From NCBI RefSeq assembly GCF_006345805.1, contig NC_043022.1, positions 14,074,001-14,138,000 of the forward strand: 64,000 nt of DNA, written 5' to 3'. The notes under the pieces are model-generated. The model made no database searches. It worked only from the letters and a program-made list of their open reading frames with translations, and was not told the DNA's origin. This stretch comes from Octopus sinensis (taxonomy: Eukaryota). Position numbers and translations under genes: made by a program. Shown piece after piece: positions 47,801 to 58,394 of this stretch (the first letter of the stretch is position 1; each line of letters starts with the position of its first letter).

Positions 47801-48391
47801 CTAACTAAAGTAGCATTAGTGGCATGTTTATAAGTGCAAGATTCCGATCCAGTTCAAAATGGGTGACCCTGGCCAACTGACAAGTTCAAGAGCACTGCTC
47901 CCCCCTCCGTTATTTATAGCCACATCTTGTCTACTACTAATATTCACAATACTCTCATTATTAATCACAGCCCTATTATGGTTGTCAGACTTACAACTAT
48001 CCTGCAAATCCCCTTTTAAGGGGTTACAAGGAACTTTATTTATTACTGATATTTATATCGTTCAGATTATTTAACTCGTTATGAGCGTGGCATATTGGTA
48101 TTAATATTGTACACAGACCTTTTTTCAAACGGACAAAACCCTTTGTAACTTTCGTCCTGTGTTTTGTCCCTTTATATTTTGATTGATTTTTGTTAGCCCT
48201 TGTGGCCAATAAATGAATGAATTATTATTATTATTATTAATCCCACAGACCAATGTTATATTTTTCCTTTTCATATATATATATATATATATACATATAT
48301 ATATAAAAAATAAATATTAGGGAATAAATCCAAATTTACAGGGAAAAAATCAGATTTAGGATTAAATCCAATTTTATAGTAAAATATTATA

Positions 48392-48563
48392 AAATATTAT
48401 TAGAGACAAAACCACTATTTTGCAAAACAAACAAGGAAAGACTTAATCAATACATAAAATTTTAATAAATAAAATTTTAATAAATAGACTATTTATTAAA
48501 ATTTTATGTATTGATTAAGTCTTTCCTTGTTTGTTTTGCAAAATAGTGGTTTTGTCTCTAATA

Positions 48564-48569
<6 letters not shown>
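48392..48569. repeat. Near-perfect palindrome, ~80-bp arms, 1-nt centre
   Basis: ..AAAATTTTAATAAATAG-A-CTATTTATTAAAATTTT..; arms ATATTATTAGAGACAAAACCACTATTTTGCAAAACAAACAAGGAAAGACTTAATCAATACAT and its complement; the left arm has a short tandem duplication. Confidence 0.92.
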
Positions 48570-48607
<38 letters not shown>

Positions 48608-48779
48608 TATAATATTGTGTGTTGGCTGGTAGAGGAAACAGGATAAATATAACTGAAAATATGAGTATGGGTTTTTTCCAGTTTTAAGAGGCAAAAATAA
48701 TAGAAGCGATGTCATGCATGAAACTCTAGGAACTTGAACTATGTGTAACTTCAGTGAATGAAAAAATGAAAGAGAGAGA

Positions 48780-48877
48780 GAGGTTGGTAGGGAGGTAGAT
48801 AGATTGATAGATAAAAAGATGGTTAGATAGATAGATAGATAGATAGATCGATAGATAGAGATAGATAGATAGACAGC

Positions 48878-48909
<32 letters not shown>

Positions 48910-49173
48910 GATAGGTAGATAGATAGGTAGATAGATAGATAGAAAGATAAATAGGTAGGTAGATAGATAGATAGATAGGTAGGTAGATAGATAGATAGAT
49001 AGGTAGGTAGATAGATAGACAAATGGATAGATAGATAGACAGACAGACAGATAGATAGATAGATAGATAGACAGATACATAGATAGACAGAGACAGGTCA
49101 CCATTAATGATACAGACAGACAGACAAAGAAAATGGGACACTATATAGACAGATTGATAGACGGATAGACAGC

Positions 49174-49212
<39 letters not shown>

Positions 49213-49344
49213 CTAGATTAAATAAAGAGAGAGTAAGTGAAGAAACTTGTAGTTTTCAGTGGTCTAGCGATAGATAGATTGACAAATAGATAAACAGACA
49301 AGCAGAAGATAGATAGATAGGTAGGTAGATTGATAAATAGATAA

Positions 49345-49383
<39 letters not shown>

Positions 49384-49565
49384 TACAGACAGATAGATAG
49401 ATAGATAGATAGATAGATATACAGACAGATAGATAGATAGATAGACAGAGATAGAGATAGATAGATAGATAGGTAGGTAAGAGACAGATTAGACATTAAA
49501 TAGATGACTGGACATAAATAGACAGATAGATAAGAGAATAGACAGATAAGATAGATAGATGGATA
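48780..49565. repeat. (GATA)n/(GACA)n tetranucleotide region
   Basis: Direct reading. Confidence 0.92.
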
Positions 49566-49567
49566 GA

Positions 49568-50043
49568 TATGTTTTTTATTAGCCACACAGGGCTGAACAC
49601 AGATGGGACAAATTACAAAGTAGAGCTTTTCTTTTTGGGGAGAAAAAATAAAATTAAATAAAAAGGGGGGTAGGTTTTTGATCAAAAGAGATCGTAAAAA
49701 GAGAGGGGAAAAAACGATCAATAGGGATCGTGTATCACAGAAATGTCATGATGTAAAGTGTAAAGGGGGAAACAGATAAGGTTTATCCGTGGGAAGAAAA
49801 GCCTACGGAAAAGACCACGGTAACCTGGGTCAATAATGTTACATGTTACCACATTTGTTTGCAAATAGGTAACCCTCTGTTTTAAATTTTTCTGGGTTCA
49901 TAGGATTATGCTCAAGGTGGCTTCGTCATTCATACGTGCCACCCTTGCTACATTCACCCATCTTTTTTTGAAACGTTCGCTAGACAAAACTTGCCTCTCT
50001 ACTCTCACTTTCCTTTTCAAGTGATACTTGAAGAAGTTGATGA
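49568..50043 (-). mobile_element. 3' end of a Tx1/L1-like LINE (ORF2 C-terminus, 3' UTR, terminus)
   Basis: On minus: INFFKYHLKRKVRVERQVLSSERFKKRWVNVARVARMNDEATLSIIL*, a pyrimidine-rich UTR, terminus TTTGTCCCATCTGTGTTCAGCCCTGTGTGGCTAATAAAAAAC. Clade recalled. Confidence 0.75.
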
Positions 50044-50154
50044 GGTAGGTAGGTAGGATTGATAGATATATATGGGTAGATAGATAGATAGATAGTCAGA
50101 GAAATAGATAGATAAATAGATAGGTAGATAGATAGATTGATAGATAGATAAAAA

Positions 50155-51150
50155 TCAAATGGAAATTGTAGTTAAGATACCCGTGATGGTGACACGTAAA
50201 AAGTACCGTCCGAACGTGGCAGATGCCAGCGCCGCCTGACTGGTGTCCGTGTCGGTGACACATAAAAACACCAACCGATCGTGGCTGTTTGCCAGCCTCC
50301 TCTGGCCCCTGTGCCGGCGGCACGTAAAAAACACCCACTACACTGTGGTTGGTGTTAGGAAGGGCATCCAGCCGTAGAAACACTGTCAGATCAGACTGGA
50401 GCCTGGTGCAGCCTCCTGGCTTCCCAGACCCCGGTCGAACTGTCCAACCCATGCTAGCATGGAAAACGGATGTTAAACGATGATAGATAGGTGAGTGGCT
50501 GGATAAATAGGTCGAAAGACAGACATAGAGAAACTGACAGACAGACTGACAGATAGATAGATAGATAGGTAGATGTGTTGCTTAATATGTGTGTGAAGAT
50601 AGGGACCTCCATATACATATGCATGTTTGTATGTATACGTGTACATGTGTGTGTGTATGTGTGTATTTATATATAGATCATCATCACTGTCATTGTTTAT
50701 CATCTGCTTTCCATGCTGGCATGGGTTGCATGGTTTGACTGAGGACTGGCAAGCTGAGAGGCTGCACCAAGGTCCAATCCGATTCGGCTAGGTTTCTACA
50801 GCTGGATGCCTTTCCTAATGCCAAATACACCAAGAGTGAAGTGGCTGCTTTTATGTGCCACCAGCATGGGTGCCAGTCTGGTGTCACTGGCATCTGTCAC
50901 ACTTGAATGATGCTTTTTACATGCCACCGGCACAGGTGCCAGTCAGGTGACACAGGCCCCGGCCATGACTATGGTTTCACTCGGTCCAACAGGTCTTCAC
51001 AAGCACGGCATATTGCCCAACGACTGAAGGGGTGCTTTTAAAGGGGCCCATTATGCAACACCGGCATTGGTCATGACTACGATCTCACTTGGCTTGCCGT
51101 GTTTTCTCAAGTATGGCATATCGCTAAAGGTCTCAGTTACTTGTCATTGT
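50155..51150. mobile_element. Tail-to-tail pair of family-D elements
   Basis: Plus copy 50155-50485 ending GTTAAACGATGAT; minus copy ~50685-51150 starting CATCTGCTTTCCATGC. Confidence 0.82.
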
Positions 51151-51289
51151 CCACCAGACAAGGGATCGGGGGACCCTGTCAAAGGCTTTCTCCATGTTAA
51201 CAAAACCCAAGTACAGACTCTTGCCATTTAATAATAATAACGATGATGATGATGATGGTGATGATGATGATGATGATGATTATTATTAG

Positions 51290-51520
51290 GTAGGTGGGCT
51301 GGCAGAATTGTTAGCAAGCCAGGTGAAATGCCTAGTGGTATTTCATCAGCCATTACATTCTGAGTTCAAATTCTGCCTAGGTCAACTTAGCCCTTCATCC
51401 TTTCGGGGTTGATTAAATAAGTACCAGTTACGCACTGGGGTCAATATAATCGACTTAATCCCTTTGTCTGTCCTTGTCTGTCCCCTCTAAATTTAGTCCC
51501 CTGTGTGCAATAAAGAATTA
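51290..51520 (+). mobile_element. Family-A SINE
   Basis: Head after (GAT)n/(ATT)n; tail TCCCCTGTGTGCAATAAAGAA. Confidence 0.82.
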
Positions 51521-51689
51521 AAAAATAATATAATGGAAAGAGCATTAACACAGAAATCCGTTTCCTTGGAAACGAGAAGGATTGTCTAACAATTCCTTGA
51601 TATCTAAGGAAATTAGTTGTAACTTCGTTTCTGTGACATTGATTGCAAGTGCACCATATTTGTGCATACCATTAGATAATAACAACAAT

Positions 51690-51905
51690 GATGATAATGA
51701 CATCAAAATGGAATTTGGGCTTGTCGATGGGAAAAACCATCAAACATGCGATATCTAGACAGTGATACCTAAATAAAAAAAGTTAGAAGCTGAGAGCAGT
51801 TATAAGTATCTAGGGTCAGTAAAAGAGATGAAAAGGGGTCAATAAAAGAGAAAAGATGAGAAGGGAATCTTGTTATAGAGTAAGAAATGAAACTGAGACC
51901 TTCAA
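51690..51905 (+). mobile_element. Decayed R4/Dong-like RT thumb fragment
   Basis: DIKMEFGL..., YKYLG, IKEKMRRESCYRVR..TE motifs across frameshifts. Confidence 0.55.
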
Positions 51906-51979
51906 CAAGTTAGCCAACCCTCTGTCCTCAAAAATGGCTGGTCACGGAGCCAAAATTTTAAACTATTATTATCTTAATA

Positions 51980-52366
51980 GGCACAGAAGTGGCTGTGTGG
52001 TAAGTGGCTTGCTTACCAACTACATGGTTCTGGGTTCGGTTCCATGGTGTAGGACGTTGGGAAAGTGTCTTCTACTATAGTCTTGGGCCGACCAAAACCT
52101 TGTGGGTGGACTTGATAGATAGAAACTGAAAGAAGCCAATCATATATATATATATACTCTCTTTACTCTTTTACTTGTTTCAGTCATGTGACTGTGGCCA
52201 TGCTGGAGCACCGCCTTTAGTTGATCAAATCGACCCCAGGACTCGTTCTTTGTAAGCCTAGTACTTATTTCATCGGTCTCTTTTTTGCCGAACCGCTAAG
52301 TTACGGGGACGTAAACACACCAGCATCACATGTCAAGTGATGTTGAGGGGACAAACAGACACACAA

Positions 52367-52417
<51 letters not shown>

Positions 52418-53520
52418 CATATATACGACGGGCTTCTTTCAGTTTCCGTCTACCAAATCCACTCACAAGGCTTTGGTCGGCCCGAGGCTATAGCAGAAGA
52501 CACTTACCCAAGGTGCCACGCAGTGGGACTGAACCTCTGTGTTTAGCCCCTTGTGGGTAGTAAAGAAATAGGTATTTCATCTGCCACTATGTTCTGAGTT
52601 CAAATTCCATTGAGGTCGACTTTGCCTGTCATCCTTTCGGGGTCGATAAATTAAGTACTAGTTGAACACTGGGGTCGATGTAATCGACTTGTCCCCACCC
52701 CCCAAAATTTCAGGCCTTGTGCCTATAGTAGAAAGGATTATCATTGTGGTTAACATTAAGGCGGTGAGTTGGCAGAATCGTTAGCACGCTGGACGAAATG
52801 CTTAGCAATATTTCACCTGTTGCTACATTCTGAGTTCAAATTCTGCCAAGGATTATTATTATCATTATTTTTATTATTATTATTGTTGTTATCATGGTTA
52901 TTATATTAGGCAGAATCATTAGCACACCAGGTGAAATGCTTAGCAGTGTTTTACATGTCTTCGTGTTCTGAGTTCAAATTCCACTGAGGTTGACTTTGAC
53001 TTTTATCATTTCGGGGTCGATAAATTAAGTACCAGTTAAATACTGGGATTGATGTAAACACCTATCCCCCCCTCCCTCAAAATTCCAGGCCCTTGTGCCT
53101 TTAGTTGAAAGGATTATTATAATTATTATTATTATAGGCGCAGGAGTGGCTGTGTGGTAAGTAGATTGCTTACCAACCACATGGTTCTATGTTCAGTCCT
53201 ACTGCGTGGCACCTTGGGCAAGTGTCTTCTACTGTAGCCTCGGGCCGACCAAAGCCTTGTTAGTGGATTTGGTAGACGGAAAACTGAAACAAGCCCTTCT
53301 GATATATATATGTATGTATGTATGCATATGTTTGTGTGTCTGTGTTTGTCCCCCCAATATCGCTTGACAACTGGTGTGTTCATGTTCCGTAACTTAGCGG
53401 TTCGGCAAAAGCGACCAATAGAATAAGTACTAGGCTTGCAAAGAATAAGTCCTGGGGTCGATTTGCTTGACTAAAGGCGGTGCTCCAGCATGGCCACAGT
53501 CAAATGATTGAAACAAAAAA
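51980..53520. mobile_element. Cluster of family-B and family-A SINEs
   Basis: B head (+) 51980-52142; B (-) 52156-52535 fused to an A tail plus unit 52536-52740; A copies ~52759-52850 and ~52908-53112; B (+) 53137-53520. Confidence 0.85.
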
Positions 53521-53674
53521 CGAAGAAACGAATATGTTTGACTTTTGCTTTGCATTTGTACAAGTTGGCTCCATGTCTCACCCAGAGACCTCAAGAGACA
53601 AGAAGCTGGAAGTTCATGTTGGTGTTATGCCTAGGGTGCCATATATTTGGTTTTGTACATAGCATTGGTCTATA

Positions 53675-54054
53675 GGAGCACTCCGTCGGTTACGACGACG
53701 AGGGTCCCAGCTGATACGATCAACGGAACAGCTTGCTCGTGGAATTAACGTGCAAGTGGCTGAGCATTCCACAGACACGTGTACCCTCAACGTAGTTCTC
53801 GGTGATATTCAGCATGACACAGAGAGTGACAAAGCTGGCCCCTTGAAATACAGGTACAACAGAGACAGGAAGTAAGAGTGAGAGCAAGTTGTGGTGAAAG
53901 AGTACAGCAGGGTTCACCACCACCCCCTGCAGGAGCCTTGTGAAGCTTTAGGTGTTTTCGCTCAATAAACACTCACAATGCCCGATCTGGGAATCGAAAC
54001 CGGGATCCTACGACTGCGAGTCCGCTGCCCTAACCACTGGGCCATTGCGCCTCC
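53675..54054 (-). mobile_element. Family-C SINE, tail type 3
   Basis: Same head and body; tail ..GTTGATCGTATCAGCTGGGACCCTCGTCGTCGTAACCGACGGAGTGCTCC. Confidence 0.88.
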
Positions 54055-54109
54055 AGAGTATTGTTCTAGAGAATGTTTAAGAAAAAACATAAGAAAATTA
54101 TGAGTTTGT

Positions 54110-54225
54110 TTTAAAATTTGCGATTACATAGTCAGTATTTTACGTAGGGTATGGGAAGTTCCCATAAGCACTATCTTTTGAATTTCTGCCATTCTGGGGT
54201 TTCCTGATATCTGAGCTAGGTACCA
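54110..54225 (-). mobile_element. Extreme C-terminus of an R4-like RLE LINE ORF
   Basis: ISGNPRMAEIQKIVLMGTSHTLRKILTM* fits the IQKxVLxGTxxxLRKxL terminal motif. Confidence 0.7.
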
Positions 54226-54507
54226 ATCAGTACCTTTTGCTATCATTAAAATAATAATAATAATAATAATGACGACGATTATTATTATCATTATTATTAA
54301 CAATAATGGCAAAAATGAGATGGAATTCTTCTGTGGAAAAAAATTATGCTGTTAATAAGTTAATTGTGTTGTTTTTAATTACAATATACCCATCCAGTGC
54401 CATCATCACTGACATCATCAGGCACTATCATCATCATCATCATCATCATCAACACAACTATCATTATCAAATATATATACTTTAATATATATGCATGCTT
54501 GCAAATA

Positions 54508-54549
<42 letters not shown>

Positions 54550-54799
54550 TTCACATACACACACACACACACAGATATATATCTACATAAGTACACATAC
54601 AAATGTATACATATATATATTTATGTTTATTTAAATATATACAATACATACGTACACACTTATATATATATATGTACATATATATTATACATATATGTAC
54701 ACACACATTGATATGATATATATGTTTATAATAACGTGTATATATTATATAGACTCACACATACATATACATACATATTTTTACATGCGTACACACACC

Positions 54800-54845
<46 letters not shown>

Positions 54846-55346
54846 TGGCAACTATCCACACAATGAGTGGAGGTAAAAACAAATATTCTGACATCAACAA
54901 CAACAGCAATAACAACAACAGCAGCAGCAGCAGCAGCAATGGATTCCCTCACTCACCTCCCCACCCCCTGCCGGCAACAATGGCAACTTTGGAGCAACAA
55001 CAAATAAAAATTTTGTTTTACGATGTTTGGTGGAAAGACCAAGTCGATATATATCGGCGTGTGTGTGTGTGTCTGTGTGTGTGTGTGTGTGATGGAATTC
55101 GGTTCTGCTTCCGATACATTCCCCTGCAAAGAATGGAGCCAAAAGCAGGGCTAGTGTAAATAGCTGCCCCCCCCTCCTCTCAGTTTTGCAGTTTATGCCT
55201 CTGCCATGCTGCATTTTGCATTCAGAGATATTGATGAAGGTGTGCAGATCTAGTTTTTAAGAAAAGATGGCAACATTTTCAATCTACAACACTACAGAAT
55301 CGTAACTAAATTCATAAAACAACTTCTGAGGGTATTTCAGTTTGCA

Positions 55347-56017
55347 GGCGAACTGGCAGAAATGTTAGCACGCCGGGTGAAATGGTTAGCGGTATTTCGT
55401 CTGCCTCTACGTTCTGAGTTCAAATTCCGCCAAGGTCAACTTTGCCTTTCATCCTTTCAGGGTCAATTAAATAAGTACCAGTTACGCACTGGGGTCGATA
55501 TAATCGACTTAAGCCATTTGTCTGTTCTTGTTTGTCCCCTCTGTGTTTAGCCCCTTGTGGGTAGTAAAGAAATAGGTATTTCATCTGCCACTACGTTCTG
55601 AGTTCAAATTCCACCGAGGTCAACTTTGCCTTTCATCCTTTCGGGGTCGATTAAATAAGTACCAGTTACACACTGAGGTCAACATAATCCATTTGTCTGT
55701 CCTTGTTTGTCTCCTCTGTGTTTAGCCCCTTGTGGGTAGTAAAGAAATAGGTATTTCATCTGCCGCTATGTTCTGAGTTCAAATTCCACCGAGGTCAACT
55801 TTGCCTTTCATCCTTTCGGGGTCGATTAAATAAGTACCAGTTACACACTGGGGTCAACATAATCCATTTGTCTGTCCTTGTTTGTCTCCTCTGTGTTTAG
55901 CCCCTTGTGGGTAGTAAAGAAATAGGTATTTCATCTGCCGCTATGTTCTGAGTTCAAATTCCGCCGAGGTCAACTTTGCCTTTCATCCTTTCGGGGTCAA
56001 TTAAATAAGTACCAGTT
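55347..56017 (+). mobile_element. Family-A SINE with 3.5 tandem body units
   Basis: Unit starts at 55392, 55576, 55751, 55926; units 2 and 3 are 175 nt owing to a shared 9-nt deletion. Confidence 0.92.
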
Positions 56018-56566
56018 CCTTCAACTGTTTGGGAGTGGCACTTCTTCACACAGCTCTCCTCATCCATCCGTAGTACATGGCCATACCAACGCAATCGTCT
56101 CTCCTGCACACTGCATCCGATGCTTCTTGTGTCCAACATTTCTTTCAGGGCACTTACACTCTGCTGTGCTATTCTTATTCTGGTGGTAACATTCTCTGAG
56201 CATCCACCCAACTACTAACTTGATCACCTAGGTAGTGGAAGCTATCAACTGCTTCTTGTTTTTTACCCTGGCATGTGATGGAATCTGTGTTCTGAGCATC
56301 TGTGGTGTTTATTGCCCCTGGGCATCTGCCACACACGAAAGCTATCTTCCCGGTTAATCTTCCTTTGATGTTGCTGCACCTCTTATGTGTTCATAGATTA
56401 CACTGGGTATATCTTATGGAGTTTCCACCTATATGTTTTCTACAGATCGAGCAGGGCCACCTACCTGAGGGTGTGTGTGATGTGTTTGCCTTCCAACTTA
56501 CTAGAACTTTGGTCTTTGCTACATTGACTCTAAGGCCCTTTGAGTCTAAGCTTTTCTTCCACACCT
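56017..56566 (-). mobile_element. Decayed RTE LINE fragment
   Basis: VWKKSLDSKGLRVNVAKTKVLVS..GRWPCSICRK..NSIRYTQC; VDSFHYLGDQVSS; IGCSVQERRLRWYGHVLRMDEESCVKKC. Confidence 0.85.
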
Positions 56567-56578
56567 GAAATATACATA

Positions 56579-56619
<41 letters not shown>

Positions 56620-56809
56620 TATATATATATGTGTGTGTGTGTGTGGATGTATGTATACATATCTTTTTATTTGTTTCAGACATTTGACTACACTCATGTT
56701 GGATCACCACCTTGAAGGATTTTAGTGAAAAAAATCAACCCTAGGACTTATTTTTTAAGCAATGAAAACACACCAACACCAGCTGTCAAGTGGTGGAGGG
56801 GGGACAAAC

Positions 56810-57030
56810 GATGCCAGTGCCGCCTGACTGGCTCCCATGCCAGTGGCATGTAAAAAGCACCCACTACACTCTTGGAGTTGTTGGCGTTGGGAAAGGCAAC
56901 TAGATGTAGAAACCTTGCCAGATCAGATTGGAGCCTGATGCAGCCTCTTGGCTTGCCAGTCCTCAGTCAAACCGTCCAACCCATGCCAGCATGGAAAACA
57001 GACATTAAATGATGATGATGATGATGATAT
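56810..57030 (+). mobile_element. Family-D element, 3' part
   Basis: GTGGCATGTAAAAAGCACCC..GGCGTTGGGAAAGGC..ACATTAAATGATGATG. Confidence 0.8.
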
Positions 57031-57325
57031 GGTGGGATTTTTTCAGTTTCCATCTACCAAATCCACGTACTCCTTTCAGTTCCTGTCTACAAAATCCTCT
57101 CAGAAGGTATTGGTTGGCTCCTTGGTCCCAAAGCTTTTGCAAACATTTTCCCAAGGTGCCAGTTAGTAGGACTGAACCCAGAACCACATGGTTGGGAAAT
57201 AAACGTCTTAACCACACAATCATGGGAATCTTGTGCAGATTATAAAGATCAAAATTTAAAAATTTTCTATCTGTTATTTATTTCAGTCATTGGACTATGC
57301 CCAAGCTGGGGCATCGGGTTTAGTC

Positions 57326-57930
57326 CAGTGGTTCTCAACTAGGGTCCATCTGGCTCCTGAGAAGCCAAACAGCTCCTGAAAGTCCATCTGGTTTCTGAGG
57401 GTCCATATATTGGGGTGGGGGTCTACACAGCAAAATAGTAAACTGGGGATGCACAATTATATTTTAAGAGTCCATGGAATAATTTTGCATTTGGATGCAT
57501 GTGTTGGTCTGTACTGCAAGAAACAGCTGGGTTTCTTTCTCTAACATTTTACATTGTTCTACCTACACAATGTGTTGGGGGGGGGGGAAAGAAAGGAATT
57601 TTGAAAGAAGTTTTTATAAAACTACTTTTTAAACATCGAATGAGGGTCACCCCAGAAAATAATAATCAAAGGAGTCCATAGGTAAAAAATGGTTGAGAAC
57701 CCCTGTTTTAGATGAATGTATTGGTCTGTACTGCAAGAAACAGCTGGGTTTCTTTCTCTAACATTTTACATTATTCACCCTACACAAGTTAATGTGTGAA
57801 AAACAAAAGAGGGGTTTTGAATGAAGTTTCTATAAAACTAGTTTTTTAAATGTCGGATGGCTATGGGGGTCAACCTGAATAAAATAGTAATCAAAGGGGT
57901 CCATAGATAAAAGAAGGTTGTGGACCCTGC
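57326..57930. mobile_element. hAT/Charlie-like MITE (57326-57705) plus duplicated 3' half
   Basis: CAGTGGTTCTCAAC / GTTGAGAACCCCTG termini; degenerate TSD GTTTAGTC vs TTTTAGAT; ~57715-57930 repeats ~57498-57705. Confidence 0.8.
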
Positions 57931-58129
57931 CCCTAGTTCTTATTTATTTTATCGCCCTCTTTTGCCAAACCATAAAACTAAAGGGAACAATTTCTGTCTG
58001 TTGAATTCACTCACAAGGGATTGTTCTGCTTGGGACATTTGCCCCAGTTGTAGTGTGGTTGGAACGGAACCCTGGAACTAGAAGGTACCAAAGCAAGCTT
58101 CTTAACCACACAGCCATACGTACACACCT

Positions 58130-58361
58130 ATGTTTTGTCTTTTTTTAGTTGTTTCAGTCATCTGACTGTGGCCATGCTGGAGCACTGCCTTGAAGGGTCT
58201 TAATTGAACAAATCAACCCCAGGACTTATTTCTTTCTAAGCCTGGTACTTTTTCTGTCAATCTCTTTTGCTGAACCACTGAGTTAGGGGGATGTAAACAT
58301 GCCAACCTGGTTGTCAAGTGATGGGTGGGACAAACACAGATACACACACACATTTATTATA

Positions 58362-58394
<33 letters not shown>

